Origin: Octopus vulgaris
Taxonomy: Eukaryota
DNA: 64,000 bases
Assembly (NCBI GenBank): GCA_951406725.2
Contig: OX597827.1
Coordinates: 35,154,001 to 35,218,000, forward strand
Direction of reading: 5' to 3'
Under the pieces are notes generated by a model, which worked only from the letters and a program-made list of their open reading frames with translations, was not told the origin of the DNA and made no database searches. Every line of letters begins with the position of its first letter. The first letter of the stretch is position 1. The position numbers were made by a program, and so were the translations under genes. Shown in pieces: positions 36,240-50,131 of the stretch.

Positions 36240-37950
36240 CAATATAGTTTAAGAAAAATAAAAGCAAGACAGCATATGAATAAATACAGAAAAGATGAAA
36301 AGACAAGAGTTAAATATCAAAGTGGAAGCGCCTAGAGCCGAATGGTGTCCAAGGATTTGAGATGAAGAAGCTGAGAAAGCTCCATGGATACCAGGACAGC
36401 CGGATAGGTGTTTAGAAGAAGGCTCAGTACCCACCTGGATGATAACAGGAAGACATTGTTATGTATCAAGAAACTTGGAAAGAGTAACATTGTATCCAAA
36501 TTTCTACCAATAACGTGTCTTCCGCTAATGTGTAAACTATTGTTAGGTGTTTTGGCAGATGAATTGTATGGGTACGTAGAAAAATGTGGGCTGCTACCGA
36601 CTGAGCAGAACCAGTGTCGAAAGAGAATCCAGAGGACAGATGAACAGCTGTTAATTAACAAGCTAATAATAACAAAAACTGCAAGAGAAGGCACACAATT
36701 TTCAGAATGGCATTGATTGCTTATCGTAAAGTATCTATGGCACCGCACTCATGGATTACAAGAACTATGGAAATGTCTGGAGTAGCAGAAAACATGAGGT
36801 TCCTTATATGGAGCAGTATAAAATATTGGAGAACTGAATTGAGAGCAGGGAATCGGGTATTAGGATAAGTGAAGATTAGGAGAGGAATCTCCCAGGGGGA
36901 TAGTGTATTCCCATTGATCTTTGTGCTGGGAATATTTCCCTTGAGTGAAAAACCGCGAAATGCGGTGTTAGGAAGTGGCAAAGAAAAAAATTAATCTTTT
37001 GCTATTCATGGATGATTTGTAGTTGTTCACAAAAAGTATGAGAGAATTACACAGTCCATTCAGTGCGGATTTTCTCAAATGATATCAAGATGGAGTTTGG
37101 ACTTTCAAAAAATGAGCTGTGAGGGTGATGAAATGAGGAAAGTTTGTCAGAAAAGAAGGCATATGTATGTCAAAGGTTGAAATGATGAAGTCAGTTGAAC
37201 CTAAATCCAAATATAAATATCCGGGAATACTTGAGGCAAATGGAATTAAGCCTGATCATATGAAAGAAAAGATAAAGAAAGAGTATCTACGGTGATAGAG
37301 AAAGATATTGGATTGAAAGTTGAACGCTAGAAATATAATTTCCGCAAAAACTTGCGTGCAGTTGCAGTGGCTCGGTATGGCACTGGAATTCAAAATGAGT
37401 TGGTCAAGAAGACAAGAAAAGTCCTAACCATGCATAAAGTCCATCATCTACGTGCAGACATTGATCGTTTATACATGAAGGGAGAAAATAGTGGCATGGG
37501 ACTAATAAATGTGGAAGACTGAGTACATATTGAGCATAAGAACTTGCTAAGATATCTAACCCAAAGTAAAGAAAACTTGCTAATGGTATATTGAAAGCAG
37601 GAAGAAGGAAAATAACAAAGAAGTACAAGAAGGGCATGAAGAATTTCTACTCAACAAGAAACTATACAATCAGTTGCTGGAGAACATAAGTGGGACTGGC
37701 TGAAGAAAGGAACACTTGAAAAGGAGGCTGCCAGCAGTATAATTGCTGCACAAAACCAAGCTTTGGTCAGAAATTGGAGGAAATTTAGAAATGAGGAAGT
37801 GTCTCCTTTTTACCGAATTTTCAATGGATTTGACAAAATTACTACCCAGATATAACTGAATTGTCGACTTTCACAAAACCAAAATAAGTTGTGGCGATAT
37901 GTTGAGGTAGCAAAAGTATTGCTTTGGAAACTGAAAAGTGGGGCTTAAGG
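36240..37950 (+). mobile_element. R4/Dong-like LINE RT region, decayed
   Basis: FLPITCLPLMCKLL, GISQGDSVFPLIF, LLFMDDL, KYKYPGILE, WDWLKKGTL..IIAAQNQAL. Confidence 0.88.
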
Positions 37951-38193
37951 ACTTGAGTGAATGAATGTGTTCAGCTGATGAATTGTTTGCTTTTAGACTG
38001 GCATTACGAAAGGTATGTTTGTGAGTGGGTTAATAGTGACTCCATTGTAGGATCTAGTGGTGGATCCTGTTGTTACTATGTACGGATAGTAAAACGTATG
38101 TATTGAAATATCACTAATTGATCTGACATCATCGTATGTATTTAAAACATCACTAATTAATCTGACATCATTATCACAACTTATATTATATAT

Positions 38194-38429
38194 AATACAC
38201 GTCGTACTGAAATCGAGGAAAGCAAGCTAAAATAATTTTTTTTTAAATTCGTTATTTCTATATTGAATCAATTTCGGGTGCTTGTAAGTATTTCATTTAT
38301 TTCTTGTGTTTTCTACTGAAGAGGGAAAAGTCCATAGGATTAATCCCGAAATTGATTCAATATAGAAATAACGAATTTAAAAAAAAATTCTTTTAGCTTG
38401 CTTTCCTCGATTTCAGCACGACGTGTATT
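38194..38429. repeat. 85-bp inverted repeat around a hammerhead (Penelope-type mini-insertion)
   Basis: 38194-38278 is nearly the exact reverse complement of 38345-38429. Confidence 0.92.
38310..38368 (+). ncRNA. Intact type-I hammerhead ribozyme motif
   Basis: tttcta CTGAAGA ggga..tccc GAAA ttga t tcaa TA tagaaa; all core bases present and all stems pair. Confidence 0.85.
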
Positions 38430-38616
38430 TATAAGTGAATGTATATTGAAATGTGGTGATTGACGATATAAAGTCTGTTCTCAGCATATTGGCATTGAAA
38501 TATGTTTTCCTTTGCCCTTGTTTATAAATTATTTATAACTTCAACCTTTGAAGGTATTTTAATATACTGCCACTTTTGATGAAATTTTTTCTGGAAAAGT
38601 TTATCCTATATTAGAA

Positions 38617-38695
<79 letters not shown>

Positions 38696-38700
38696 TATGT

Positions 38701-38972
38701 TGTCTGGGGAGAGTCATTTTCTTTTAGTGTCTTATAATTTCACTCACTCACCGGTAATATTTCCGCTCATTTCCTTCTTTATTTTTCTAAAATTTTCGTT
38801 GCGTCTTGCAACCTTTTCAGTAATTTTGATTCTCTTCTTTTGAGTCAGAACTATTGAAAAGGTTGCAAGACGTAACGAAAGCTTTTGAAAAATAAAGAGG
38901 AAATGAGTGGAAATTTTACCGATGAGTGTGTGAAATTATAAGGCGCTAAAAGAGAATGACTCTCCCCAGACA
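38701..38972. repeat. Long imperfect foldback containing a U3-A8 hammerhead variant (38851-38890, +)
   Basis: tgtctggggagagtcatt.. / ..aatgactctccccagaca; right arm cta TTGAAAA g gttgc aagac gtaac GAAA gc TT ttg. Confidence 0.85.
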
Positions 38973-39617
38973 CAACAGAATATGCTTCAACACAAGAACT
39001 CACATAAAAGATCTTGCTAACCAAATCCGAAAACGGTACCCAACCTCTACCGCCACACTCAGCCTAGCCAACACACCACTTGCTTTCCCCACTCTCGCCT
39101 TCCCCACCTCCCAACACCATCACACCACACACCACACACCACTACACCATACACCACCATACCACACAACACATCACATCCCACTAGCACTGACCACTTT
39201 CCAGCCCCACAGCCTCACACCTACACATACACACACCCACACACGTCAAGGTCACAAGCCCTCTTCCACACGCACATACATACTCTCTTATACACACGCA
39301 CGCGGGATCACCACTACTTTATTATCTCCCCTTCTTCCGAGCTCCTCTTCTTCCTAACACTACTTTATTATCTCCTCTTCTTCCTAGCTCTCCTGTGTGA
39401 CTCTTCTGTCCGGCATTCGCCTGATAGATCGCTAGCCACTACACATTCTTTATTTTCTCTCCTTGTTTCTTTCTGTGGGAGAACGTAGGCCCGAAACGTT
39501 AAAGACTTTTTCATTTCCTGAGCGTTAAACTAATACATCTGTTTGTTGTCTACACCACCTGTCTTCGTCTTTTGTTTTTTTTGTGAATTTTCCATATATA
39601 TATATATTCTTTTACAG

Positions 39618-39761
39618 ATGGACAACCAGAGAATATTTACTTCGAGGTGATGTATAACGTATATTATATTGGAATTACGACTGATAATGAAAACCTCTTT
39701 CAGAATCACGACGCCACAGAAAGATTGTCGCAGCTGGTGAAACAACGTAACATTTCAGTTA
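39618..39761 (+). CDS. Gene 2 exon B (phase 1-1)
   Basis: cttttacag / A|gtaagt; 144 nt; GQPENIYFEVMYNVYYIGITTDNENLFQNHDATERLSQLVKQRNISV. Confidence 0.75.
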
Positions 39762-40204
39762 GTAAGTTAATTATCATAACGTTTTCATGCTAATTCCGGT
39801 CTGCTAAAATGGCTGACATCTCTCATTTGCAAATATATAGTTTATATTATGCATACTCAATAAAGAAACTTCTAAGTGGTTACTCGATTTGTATGGAGCA
39901 GCAAGCGAATTTTATTCAAATCACATTCTGTTACGTTAAGAAAAGACGGAATCATTGCTTAAGAATGTACTAGCTATAAAAAATGACGAGATAAACTATT
40001 TTGAAATACCTTTCGGTCATGGATCTGATTGATTACACCTAACCTAATACCAACAACAAACGGTAGAGACAAGGACAAAGATGACTACACTATCTGTATG
40101 CTCTGGCACCAAATATTCAGATTATAAGAGCAACATTCACAATATCAGGGTGGGGAAATCAATTCTTTGTATTACTATATAGATAGAGCACAACAACAAC
40201 AACA

Positions 40205-40412
40205 ATGATAATAATACTTTGCAGCAAGTATGGACTTGACAGAACAAAAAATTGGTACGACCACAAAACTGAAGACATTGTCGAAAATAGAAATGCAAAG
40301 ATCCTATGGGATTTTATGATTCAGTGCAACCATGAGATTGAGAATAGGAAGCCGGACATAGTCTTAATTGAGAAAGAAAATAAACTATGCTGGATCATAG
40401 ATATAGCATGTT
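40205..40412 (+). mobile_element. R4/Dong-like RLE endonuclease fragment
   Basis: WYDHKTEDIVENRNAKILWDFMIQCNHEIENRKPDIVLIEK..IIDIAC. Confidence 0.85.
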
Positions 40413-41099
40413 ATATCTATGATCCAGCATAGGGACTCGGCAACTGGAAACTGAACACATCGTTTCCGGTGTATAAAGCCTATAGACATTCTAGTTAAAC
40501 GGTACCAGACTGGTGAGATCGTGAACAATCGTTAGTGCGGCACTCCGAAGAGCGTCACAAGATAGAATGGTTAGACTTAGAAAATAGTTGTATAAAAGAA
40601 ATAGTTATATAAAAGAAATAGTTGTATAAAAATAAACAGGCGGTGTTAGTGATTAAACTAGAAAAAGTGATTAGGAAATACACCGCAACCGATGTGTTAG
40701 TGGTGATATTGGCCTTTGACCGTTTCTTTAAAGCAGAACACGAAGGTCTCGTTGTCAGAGCTAAGGTACATGTTCTAAGATTGGAAGGAACAAAAACTGT
40801 CTGATAGGCTCGAAGTGGCAGAAACACGAGGTAACAAAAATAAAAACTACATTTCAGTTTTTCGCGGACCAAAACGGATGCTTGCCTTTTGATTTCAAAG
40901 TATACAGCTTTTCAGCGACGCTTTGCTCAACTTGTCGAGGTGACTAACAGAATGGAGACGGTGATGGACTTTACTGCCTACCGCAAATCTCAACGGAAAA
41001 TGCAGCCCGTTTCGAAAAGTCCGTAACATTAGCCGAGATATGAAATGTGATAATAGTTTTATGAAGCGGAGATTGCATAGTTTGAATATCTACCCGACA

Positions 41100-43960
41100 A
41101 GTTTTACACTTGGCAGCACAACGAATGTATTCACAGCTCTGTATCTCGAGGAATGGTGACACTGCTGAGGAAGGGGGAAAATATAATAAATAATTTCTGG
41201 CGTATAACTCTTTTGGCCAAGGTGTCAGCAAAGCACTTTGCGTTTTTCATCGATTCTTTAGAGAGGTTTTGGTGACGCTGTGATCAACTTGGATCAGAGC
41301 CCAAGATGGCTTTCCTCAAAGTATCCGGTTTTGACTCTGTCTTTAGAGGCTGGATCTCTTCTACGCTTAGCGGTATTTGGTCAGATAAAACAATAAGATA
41401 GTCATTAGATATTCCTCTTCAATGACAGCTAATACAATGTCAGCACTTCCATAGCGATAGTTTATCTCGAACCGTCAACGAACCCCTGTAGTATTACGAG
41501 GCCAGGAATACATGGAAATTATACAGTAGCCCGGCTCAAACGTCCTCCAGAACAGATAAACCTGTTGATTTTTGCCGACACCAAGAGACTCCTTGAGAAC
41601 GTCGTCGCTCTTGACTGTCACCAACACTCTATAGAACACTAACGTGGATCTTCTACCGATTGCATTGTCCAACTGGTAGAAGGCTGTGAACCAATTCTCT
41701 ACTCGCTGGTTACTGACAAAAAATGTAGTACCTGACTAGTAGGACATAGATAGTGGAAGTGTAGGCACTCCATTCCGGAGAGATGGAGGTCAAGCAGTAA
41801 TATATGACAAAAGCTCTTAGCCCATTTTTGGGTGAGATTGGCCTCTCTAGTCATCCTTTCGTCCCAGCTCTTCTCGAAGTAGAGATCTGGACCAAACCAA
41901 GTACCCCAGCAATTTAATGAGTCCGTCCATCCAGTGACCTACGATGCTCTCTAGGATCCGAGATGCAGGTCCACAAATATTTTTAGTTGATCTTTATTTC
42001 TGCTACCTCGTAGTTATTTAGAGCGATGCCGAATCATACGATGAGCTTGGTATCCAATACTGTTCCGGTGATGCCGTCCGCGTATGCTGAAAGAGATGTT
42101 CCACATCCTGGTTCACTTGAGATACCCTCTCAATATCTCCAGTGCCCGCAGTAGCGGTTCATGAGTCAGCACACAGAGAACTGATAAGTAGATATAGCTT
42201 TTACAGATCGAACGTATGATACAGAATAGTTCCGATATGTGGATAATTTCTTTAACCACCGGGCAGATGTCGCTGAACTTTACAGCGAACCAATTACGGA
42301 AGATGTGACCGTCGCCGTGAGGACGGCAGCCAAGTGTTGGAAATAAGAGGGAGTTTCCCAAATGATGATGGAAACTCCAACTCACGAGCTTGAGCGGGCT
42401 ACTTCAGGGTTTCCCTTAAGGAACCCCACACAGAGGAGAGATTTGGTAAACAAGATGCCAACAGAAGAATAAAATTAAGGCAAGTGGCAATCTTTTCTTT
42501 TTTCCCTTTCTACTAACATGGCAGATTTAAAAGTAGGTTTATAAATGCACGTAGCGTATGGTTGCCCTGGAAGTAGGGGTGCCTGCACAATGACTTCGGG
42601 TCACCAGCTAAGGATTTCCGACATATGCACTTCGGCACCCATTTATGCTGACATTGAGATCCCTGAGCCGAGCTGGAATGGGGTTGTTTCGGAAAGGATT
42701 AAGGATTGAGATACAGCTGTTCTTCCCAGATTTGAGCTTTAAGGTAGAGGTTCTGAATATGAACAGTAGTAAAGGGGGTGCCTTCAGATTAGTACCTGTC
42801 AACACCCGACAGTGGTGGAGCTAGAAGATTTCTCCAGGCCTCTATTAGTTTTCTTCAGAACATCCCATTCTTTTTTCATGGGCGATTGGAACGCCATCTT
42901 GGATGCATTTTTGGATTCTGTGGGACAAGTTAATTGGTGAAAGGAGTACAATGACCACGCAAACCTGATCAAACGTTTCCTAGCATCTGACAAGTACCAG
43001 TTAGATTCCCCAAATACACCAATGTGGACAGGGACAGCATCCGGTTATCCAGATTCTGTCTAGACAGAGTAATCTGTAGGCTAGCAAATAGGTACAGTAT
43101 AGGTGGTTCACAGTTGAAAGTGGTTTATCGTACAGACCATAAATTTGTTATTTGTATAGTCGATCTAGAAAATGAACGTGTCTTTCCCGGCTTGTCAAGT
43201 TTACAAAAAACGGAGTTAATGATGTAGTTAAGTGGGAGTTGACGGGGACAATCATCAACAATCGATGGAAGCTGGCCCTACAAAGGCTGTTAGATTAGAG
43301 CAGATAAGGTGTAGTATGGAAATAAGGACAGAGATTTCTGTTTGTTCATGGGTCCACGATTCGGTCTTTGCCAGATCGGGAGTGGTGCTACTTGGCTCTA
43401 GGAGATGAGTGCGGCTTTTCAGAAGCACTTAGAGCATCTTCATGGGGAGGGTGGTGACTGGAGACGAGGATGGACTTTATCACTACCTCAACGACTTATT
43501 GCGGATCTCGGGTGGGGATGAGAAGTTTTGTGGAATACGGTTGAAGCTTATGAAATTCGGGAAGTGATGGCTGGCTGCACGAGTGAGAAGTCACTGATGC
43601 TGGATGGTCTGTCCTGCGATCTTTATTTCCATATCCCAGACGTGTTCGGGAGCCTTTTGGCACATGTCTACTGCAACTGGAAGCAGAATGGGAGAATCTC
43701 CAGTCCTGTGAAATGAGATGTGGCGGGGCTGCAAAGAAAGGAGGCGAACAATGGTGGTGCTTGAGAGATTTTGATAATTTCCGGTTCGTAACTCAGCTAA
43801 ATGCGAAGTTCAAGTTTTGGGCCAAGGTTTTACCTATATGGTTAACACTTATTGTCTATTCTCAGACTAGTGATGCACAGACATGCGCCATCCCAACCTC
43901 CACTTTACATCATAGAAAGAATGGATAAGTAATCTGGCATGAGTGCAAGCCCTGATCAGT
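41100..43960. mobile_element. Tx1/L1-clade LINE fragments in mixed orientation
   Basis: + strand MGDWNAILDA, LDRVIC, TDHKFV, LDGLS, FRFVTQLNAKFKFWAKVL (42500-43960); - strand SAYADGIT (~42080). Confidence 0.75.
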
Positions 43961-44056
43961 TTAGTAGAAAGGATTATTATTGACTTACTTCCTCCCTTAA
44001 AATTGCTGGCCTTGCACCAAAATTTGAAGCCATTATTGTTGTTGTTTACTTGGCAG

Positions 44057-44224
44057 ATATATCAGTTTACAATACAGAAGAAGAAACAGAATACATGTGT
44101 GCAACAATACAACTGGAAACCAACGATGTTAAGTGTGCCGATGGAGTTGTAGGCCATAGGTTGATTATATCACCTGCCAATGTATATTTCACGTTGATTG
44201 TTTACGGTATGCGCTCTTTGTATG
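44057..44224 (+). CDS. Gene 2 exon C (phase 1-1; alternative donor after 44206)
   Basis: acttggcag / G|gtaagt; ISVYNTEEETEYMCATIQLETNDVKCADGVVGHRLIISPANVYFTLIVYG. Confidence 0.78.
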
Positions 44225-44719
44225 GTAAGTAAACCAATTCGTTTTCGGTAACGATTTGTATGAATATTTTAGGTTTTTGACTACTTTACTACATTATACT
44301 ATCCAAAATCTTGTGGACAAAGCTTGACTAAAATTAGGAGCCAAAATTTCTTTAAACCGTACCATATCGTATTAAATGTGAAAAAGGATATATTAGATAA
44401 AGAAACCCAAGAGAGATACCCAAATTGAAAAATACCCCTATTTTAAATTAAAAAAGGGGGTGCATTTTATATCTGATCAAATACTCCTATTTGATAAACA
44501 CCTCTATAATCAGATAGGGGTATTTGATAATATTATCAAAATTCAGCTCGATCAGACACTGACCTAGGGTTGAACAACAAGACGGGGACGTTGGACTATA
44601 TTTCCATATGAGTCATTGGACTGCAACCATGTTAGAACGCTGCTATGAAGGGTTTTAGTCGAACAATTCGACCTCTGTACTTATTTTTAAAACTGGTATT
44701 TATTTATTATCATTATTAT

Positions 44720-45098
44720 TTTACTCTAGGCACAAGGCCCGAAATTTGGGGGGAGGAGGGGGATCCCACTACGAAACTGGTACTTAATTTATCGACCCCA
44801 AAAGGATAAAAGGCAAAATAGACATCAGCGGAATTTGAACTCAGAACGTAAAGACAGATGAAATACCTATTTCTTTATTACCCACAAGGGGCTAAACATA
44901 GAAGGGACAAACAAGGACAGACATAGGTATTAAGTCGATTACATCGACCCCAGTGCGTAACTGGTACTTAATTTATCGACCCCGAAAGGATGAAAGGCAA
45001 AATCGACCTCGGCGGAATTTGAACTCACAACGTAACGACAGACGAAATACGGCTACGCATTTCACCCGGCGTGCTAACGTTTCTGCCAGCTCACCGCC
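44720..45098 (-). mobile_element. Two nested or tandem Nin-domain SINEs
   Basis: Two copies of atcgacccc..aaggcaaaa..cggaatttgaactc. Confidence 0.8.
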
Positions 45099-45509
45099 TT
45101 TAAGTCTGGTATTTATGCTATGAGATCACCATGTCGCGCACATATGGTTGTGATGCATGTGCCTGGTGTACCCTTATCAGACGAGTAGTCATGATGGGTA
45201 TACTGAGCTTTGTATATTTTACCCCAGTGTCACTTTGATGGCATGCACTGACCTTTCACTCAATAATAATGGTTCCAAATATTGCAGAAGCCAGCAATTT
45301 CGGAGGATGAGCTAAGTCCAGTGTTCAATTGGTACTTGTTTTGCCACCATGCCATCTTGTGGAATCAAAATATTAAGAATGTCTTCTCGTCATTGAGAAA
45401 CTTTACTCTTTTTTCTTCTTATTACCTTTTTAAATGCTTTCTTTATGTAATGTGTAAATATTAACTTGGAGATGCTATATAGTTGTAACATATCTCTATA
45501 TTTCTACAG

Positions 45510-45691
45510 ATATAAAAGCGAAATTTAGCCACCACATAGAAAATGGTACATATCTGATGAAATGGGTAGAATCGGGGAATCCGTCGTCAAGGGTGAGGAA
45601 CGTTACCTTGAATAATGAATATAGGATAAGTGGCTTGCAGTTGCACAAACAGTACCACATTAAAGTACAGACATGTGATATAAATATAAAG
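45510..45691 (+). CDS. Gene 2 exon D, FN3-like (phase 1-0)
   Basis: tttctacag / AAG|gtgagt; IKAKFSHHIENGTYLMKWVESGNPSSRVRNVTLNNEYRISGLQLHKQYHIKVQTCDINIK. Confidence 0.78.
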
Positions 45692-46439
45692 GTGAGTTAG
45701 TCTTTCATGTTAATTTCAGCATCACATTAAGTTTCAAACCGGAGATAGATATAGGAGTCAGCGGGTCAGCCTCTGTATGGTTTCAGGGCTTGCTACAACT
45801 ACGAGCCAATCCTCATAAATCACACCAGACAGTCTTAAATAATAAAAGGAGACAGATAAAGTGATCCTACACACACCTAAAATGGCGATTTTCACGACAG
45901 CAGCGCTTTTGATCATAGAACCTGATGTATCATGATAGACCTGAGGCACAACCTTATACATACATACATACATACATACATACATACATACATACATACA
46001 TGCATACATACATACATACATACATACCTGCATACATGTTTCTGAGTATGTATGTATATATGTATGTATGTATCTATATATATGTGTGTATGTGTGTATG
46101 TGTCTATGTGTGTGTGTATGTATATATATATATTGGCCTGCTCGCTTAGCCAGCGGGGTGGCGACGTTTGAATGCTAAAACAATGCGAAGCGCATTGTGA
46201 CCAGCGATGTGTAGCAACATCTGATAGCCTGGTTGGTCACGTGATCACGTGATCACGTGATATATATATATATATAGAAATAGGTATTTCGCCTGTCTTT
46301 ACGTTCTGAGTTCAGATTTGCTTTTCATCCTTTCGGGGTCGATAAATTAAGTACCAGTTGCGTAATGGGGTCGATCTAATCGACTGGGCCCCTCCCCAAA
46401 AGTTTCGGGCCTGTACCTAAAGTAGAAAAGAATATTGAA

Positions 46440-47250
46440 GGAAATCAAACGAAATTTATACTGAATAAAATATATCATACAAGCAAATGTTGTACAAATT
46501 TGGAACACAAAACAATAAACATTTTTAAAGATATGAATGAAATATTAATTTTTGAACGTTACAAAAATATGTACACCCTAAAGGAAATTTACTATTTTCG
46601 ATATTCCCCCCCCCCCCTTTTTTAAACTAAATTAAGATATTGCTGCTAATCTCAATTCTAATAAATTATTTTTCTTGGCATTTTTGCAACGACCATTGTT
46701 ATTGCATCTGCAGGAATTCTGATTTGTGTACCATGGTGAAAATCTTTATTGTGATTAAAATGGCACGAAAAGGAAAAGAATTGTCTTCCGATTTGAAGAA
46801 AATTATTTTTGATTTGCACAAGAATGGTTTAGGATACAAGTTAATTAGCAAACGAATACATAAATATTGTAAACACAGTTGCCAAAGTAATCCAGAAGTA
46901 CAAAGCTACTGGATGGCTAAGCAATAAACATCGTCTAAATCATCCTATTTTAATTGCGCGTGATATTCTCAACATACAAAGTTGTGTGATGGACGACAGG
47001 TGTCGTACCGCTTCATCTTTGACCCAAGAAGTGTCATCTGTTAGTGGAAAGAGTGTTTCCACCCAAATAGTTCGCCCAAGTTTGAACCAGTGTGGTCTTC
47101 ATAGACGCATTCCTCGTAGACAGCCTCTCCTCACTACCAGACATAAATCAAGTCATCATTCTTTTGCCGAAACCTATGTGAGTAAAGGGAAGGAGTTATG
47201 GAATAATTTTTTTTCTGACGAAAACTTGGTCAAGGGATGCACTTCAACAC
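46440..47250 (+). mobile_element. Tc1 transposon 5' remnant
   Basis: MARKGKELSSDLKKIIFDLHKNGLGYKLISK; GLHRRIPRRQPLLTTRHK..LWNNFFSDE. Confidence 0.88.
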
Positions 47251-47254
47251 TTGG

Positions 47255-49587
47255 TGGTTAAAAGATGTTGCCGAAGGGCTTATGATGCGACATTCAAAGG
47301 CATTTTGGATCGATGTTAAGCCTCTTAAGCCCTGTTTTCGTCTTAGGTACAGGCGGTCTACATCACTGTTTATGTGGAAAGTATGTGTGCTTGTTAGTAT
47401 TTTTCGGGTTTTCATATCAAAGGTTCGGATCTCATCAAGCATCCAATCAAGCAGTTCAAATGTTGGTATGAATACTGTCACTGCAAACACAGTGTGGGCC
47501 ACTGTTTTATTGAATGCAGAGTATTCTGAGGTCCAAGTTTTCTTTATTCGGCTCTAATATTCTTTAGTGACAGGTGTTTTGTTACAAGTGCCACTGTAAG
47601 ATATATTTTCATCCAGCCCTAGATACCTGTAACATTTCTCGTCAGATACAGAGGAAACAGTCAAATCATTAATAAAGATGTTACTAGTCTGGTTTATAGT
47701 TTTCTCCCATTTTCACAGCCATCTAACATTTATCCTGCCCAAACTCCAATCCTACATCCTTTGAGAATGTTGTAACTAGGTCAAGGCTCTTTTTCATTTC
47801 ATATATATTCTTTGCATAAAGTTTTAAGTCATCCACAAAGAAAACAGTTTATAATTTTGGTATTTCTGTTTCCTTGTGAACCAGTGAGATATCCTTCAGA
47901 TTCTTTAACATGAATGACAAGGGGTTTTCAGAAAGTATAAACAGCATCACAGAAGTCTGTCTACTTGGAATATTGCCTTTCCGACACTGTATTCAATTGG
48001 TGATAATACAGTCACCCTTTGTGTTTAATTTCAAGATGGTGGCCCACGATGAAGTCAGATCAGCTATGGCTTTGACTATTCTCACTGAAACTTTAGCAAG
48101 CTGAAGGGCTTCTAGCATCCATGAGTCGGGAACATAATCAAAGTCTTTCTTGTAGTCTAGCCACATTGAAACTAGGTTCCTCCTATGCTGCCTCACTTCT
48201 GACATCGCAGTTTGGTTGATTAACAATTGCTCGGTACATCCCCAGACTCCTTTTTTCCAGCTGCTTGTTCTGCTATGATAATGTTATTTGTTTCACAATA
48301 GTCCTGGATAAAGAGGTTTAAAACATGCTGTATAGATTTTATATATTATGTTCTGGCATGCAATTTTTTGCTATGTAGGTGGTTCTGCATTTGGGGATCA
48401 GTTTTGTCTCTGCCAGAGCTAACAAGTATGGTATGCTATTATTCCCAATGAAAGCTTGCTGGTACAGATTGATAAGATATGGTCGGTAGAATGTTAGCTT
48501 CTTGTACCAATATTCAATAATCAAGTCTCTTCCAGGTGCTTTTCCATTCTGGAGTTTCTGGATCACAGTTGCAAGAGTTTCACCATCAATGTTGTATGTC
48601 TTGGATGTAATGCAGGAGCAATAACTTTTTCGGATTTCTTCCAGCCACAGAGCATCTTGGTTAAATTCCTTCTCTTCACTCCAGATTTTCCTCCAGAAGG
48701 AGTCTATGTATTCTCGTGCAGGAGCTTCTGTGATATTTATTGCTCCTCCTCTCATGACTCTGTATACTTTTTCCTGGATGCGGTTAAATTTTTTGTTTAT
48801 TGTTCGGCTCTCGGTTATTCTCTTCTGATGTCGGAGGTTTTCACTAACAGCTTTTAGCTCTTGCTTGAGGGTAATCAGTTTGCAAGTGAGTGTCCTCTTT
48901 TTGCTGTCTCCAAGCATCATTTCTATCTCCTTCTTTACTTTCTGTTGGTGGGACGTATAGTAATTTGCTTGTTTGCATGCAATAGGCATCATTACATGAC
49001 TGATGGTCTTCGTAAACCAGCTATCTTTTTCTTTGTTTTCAAAACCCATGATGGTACTTTCTTTGTTATTTCGGTTTTGTTTACTTTTTTAATATCATTA
49101 ATGTACTGTTTTATAGTAGTAGCCAGAGCATATAGACAGGCATTAATCTGCCAGTATGTGGGTTAATCACACTGTTGTAAATACTTATCACCAATTTCGT
49201 TAACAGCTTTTAATACCGTATCTGGTGTTTTTTTATTTACTTACTTTAGTAGAGAATACTCTCTCTTCGAGAGAGCCCTCCAAAGCCAAAGTTACTTTTT
49301 CTCGGAAAATTTCAGTAAGGGCACATTTCACTGGCATATAATCCTGACTACCACTACTACTACAATAATCGTTGCGATTGCGCCTGCTATTTACCATAGT
49401 CGTAGTAGGGGGACAGTGGTCAGTTACTTGAGCCAATAATGTAGTTTGGCTAGCAGGCACTGTAGAATCTTTTGGAATGTCGCTAGCTGCGAAACCACGT
49501 GGTAGCCTTATATCATTCACGTCTTCGCTTTTGTTTATAGAGTTGGGAAGAAGGTTAATCTTCGATTTCTTTATAAAGTTACAGTTA
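47255..49587 (-). mobile_element. R4/Dong-like LINE (N-terminus through RT), frameshifted
   Basis: LQNGKAPGRDLI..WYK, EQLLINQ, WLDYKKDFDYVPDSW, FFVDDLKLYA, HINSDVDRLYLRRKQG. Confidence 0.9.
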
Positions 49588-49703
49588 CTATGTATGTATG
49601 TACGTATGTATGTATGTATGTATGTATGTATGTATGTATGTATGTATGTATGTATGTATGTATGTATGTATGTATTATGTATGTATGTATGTATGTATGT
49701 ATG

Positions 49704-49736
<33 letters not shown>

Positions 49737-50097
49737 GTATATGTATATACTTATATATGCCGAATCAACACTTCCGATTTGTTAGTTCCCTGCTGATGTC
49801 AATCAGTCAAGTTTGATGATTATTCAAAGACAATTAGTGGTCAGATTTTTTATGACATCTTTAAACCATTAGAAGAGTTCGATTGTTCGTCGAAAATTTC
49901 CCTCCCGAAAAAAAAGGTGCCAGATTCTAACTTTGGAGAGACCTGCTACAATACAGTCATAGCTAGGAAGCATTTAATCATAGGTCTAGGGTGAAGCAAC
50001 AACAAACGCAGCAGCAAAAACGACTGCATGAACAACAACTGAAGTTGAGCAGTCAATCAGAGTACCTTTTCCTTTCATACTTTTATCTACTTTTCAG

Positions 50098-50131
50098 CTC
50101 ACGATAACGTTCATCCACACACTGTCTGATG
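50098..50131 (+). CDS. Gene 2 micro-exon E (phase 0-1)
   Basis: Long pyrimidine tract + cag; G|gtaaac; LTITFIHTLSD; bridges the phase-0 end of D to the phase-1 start of F. Confidence 0.6.
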
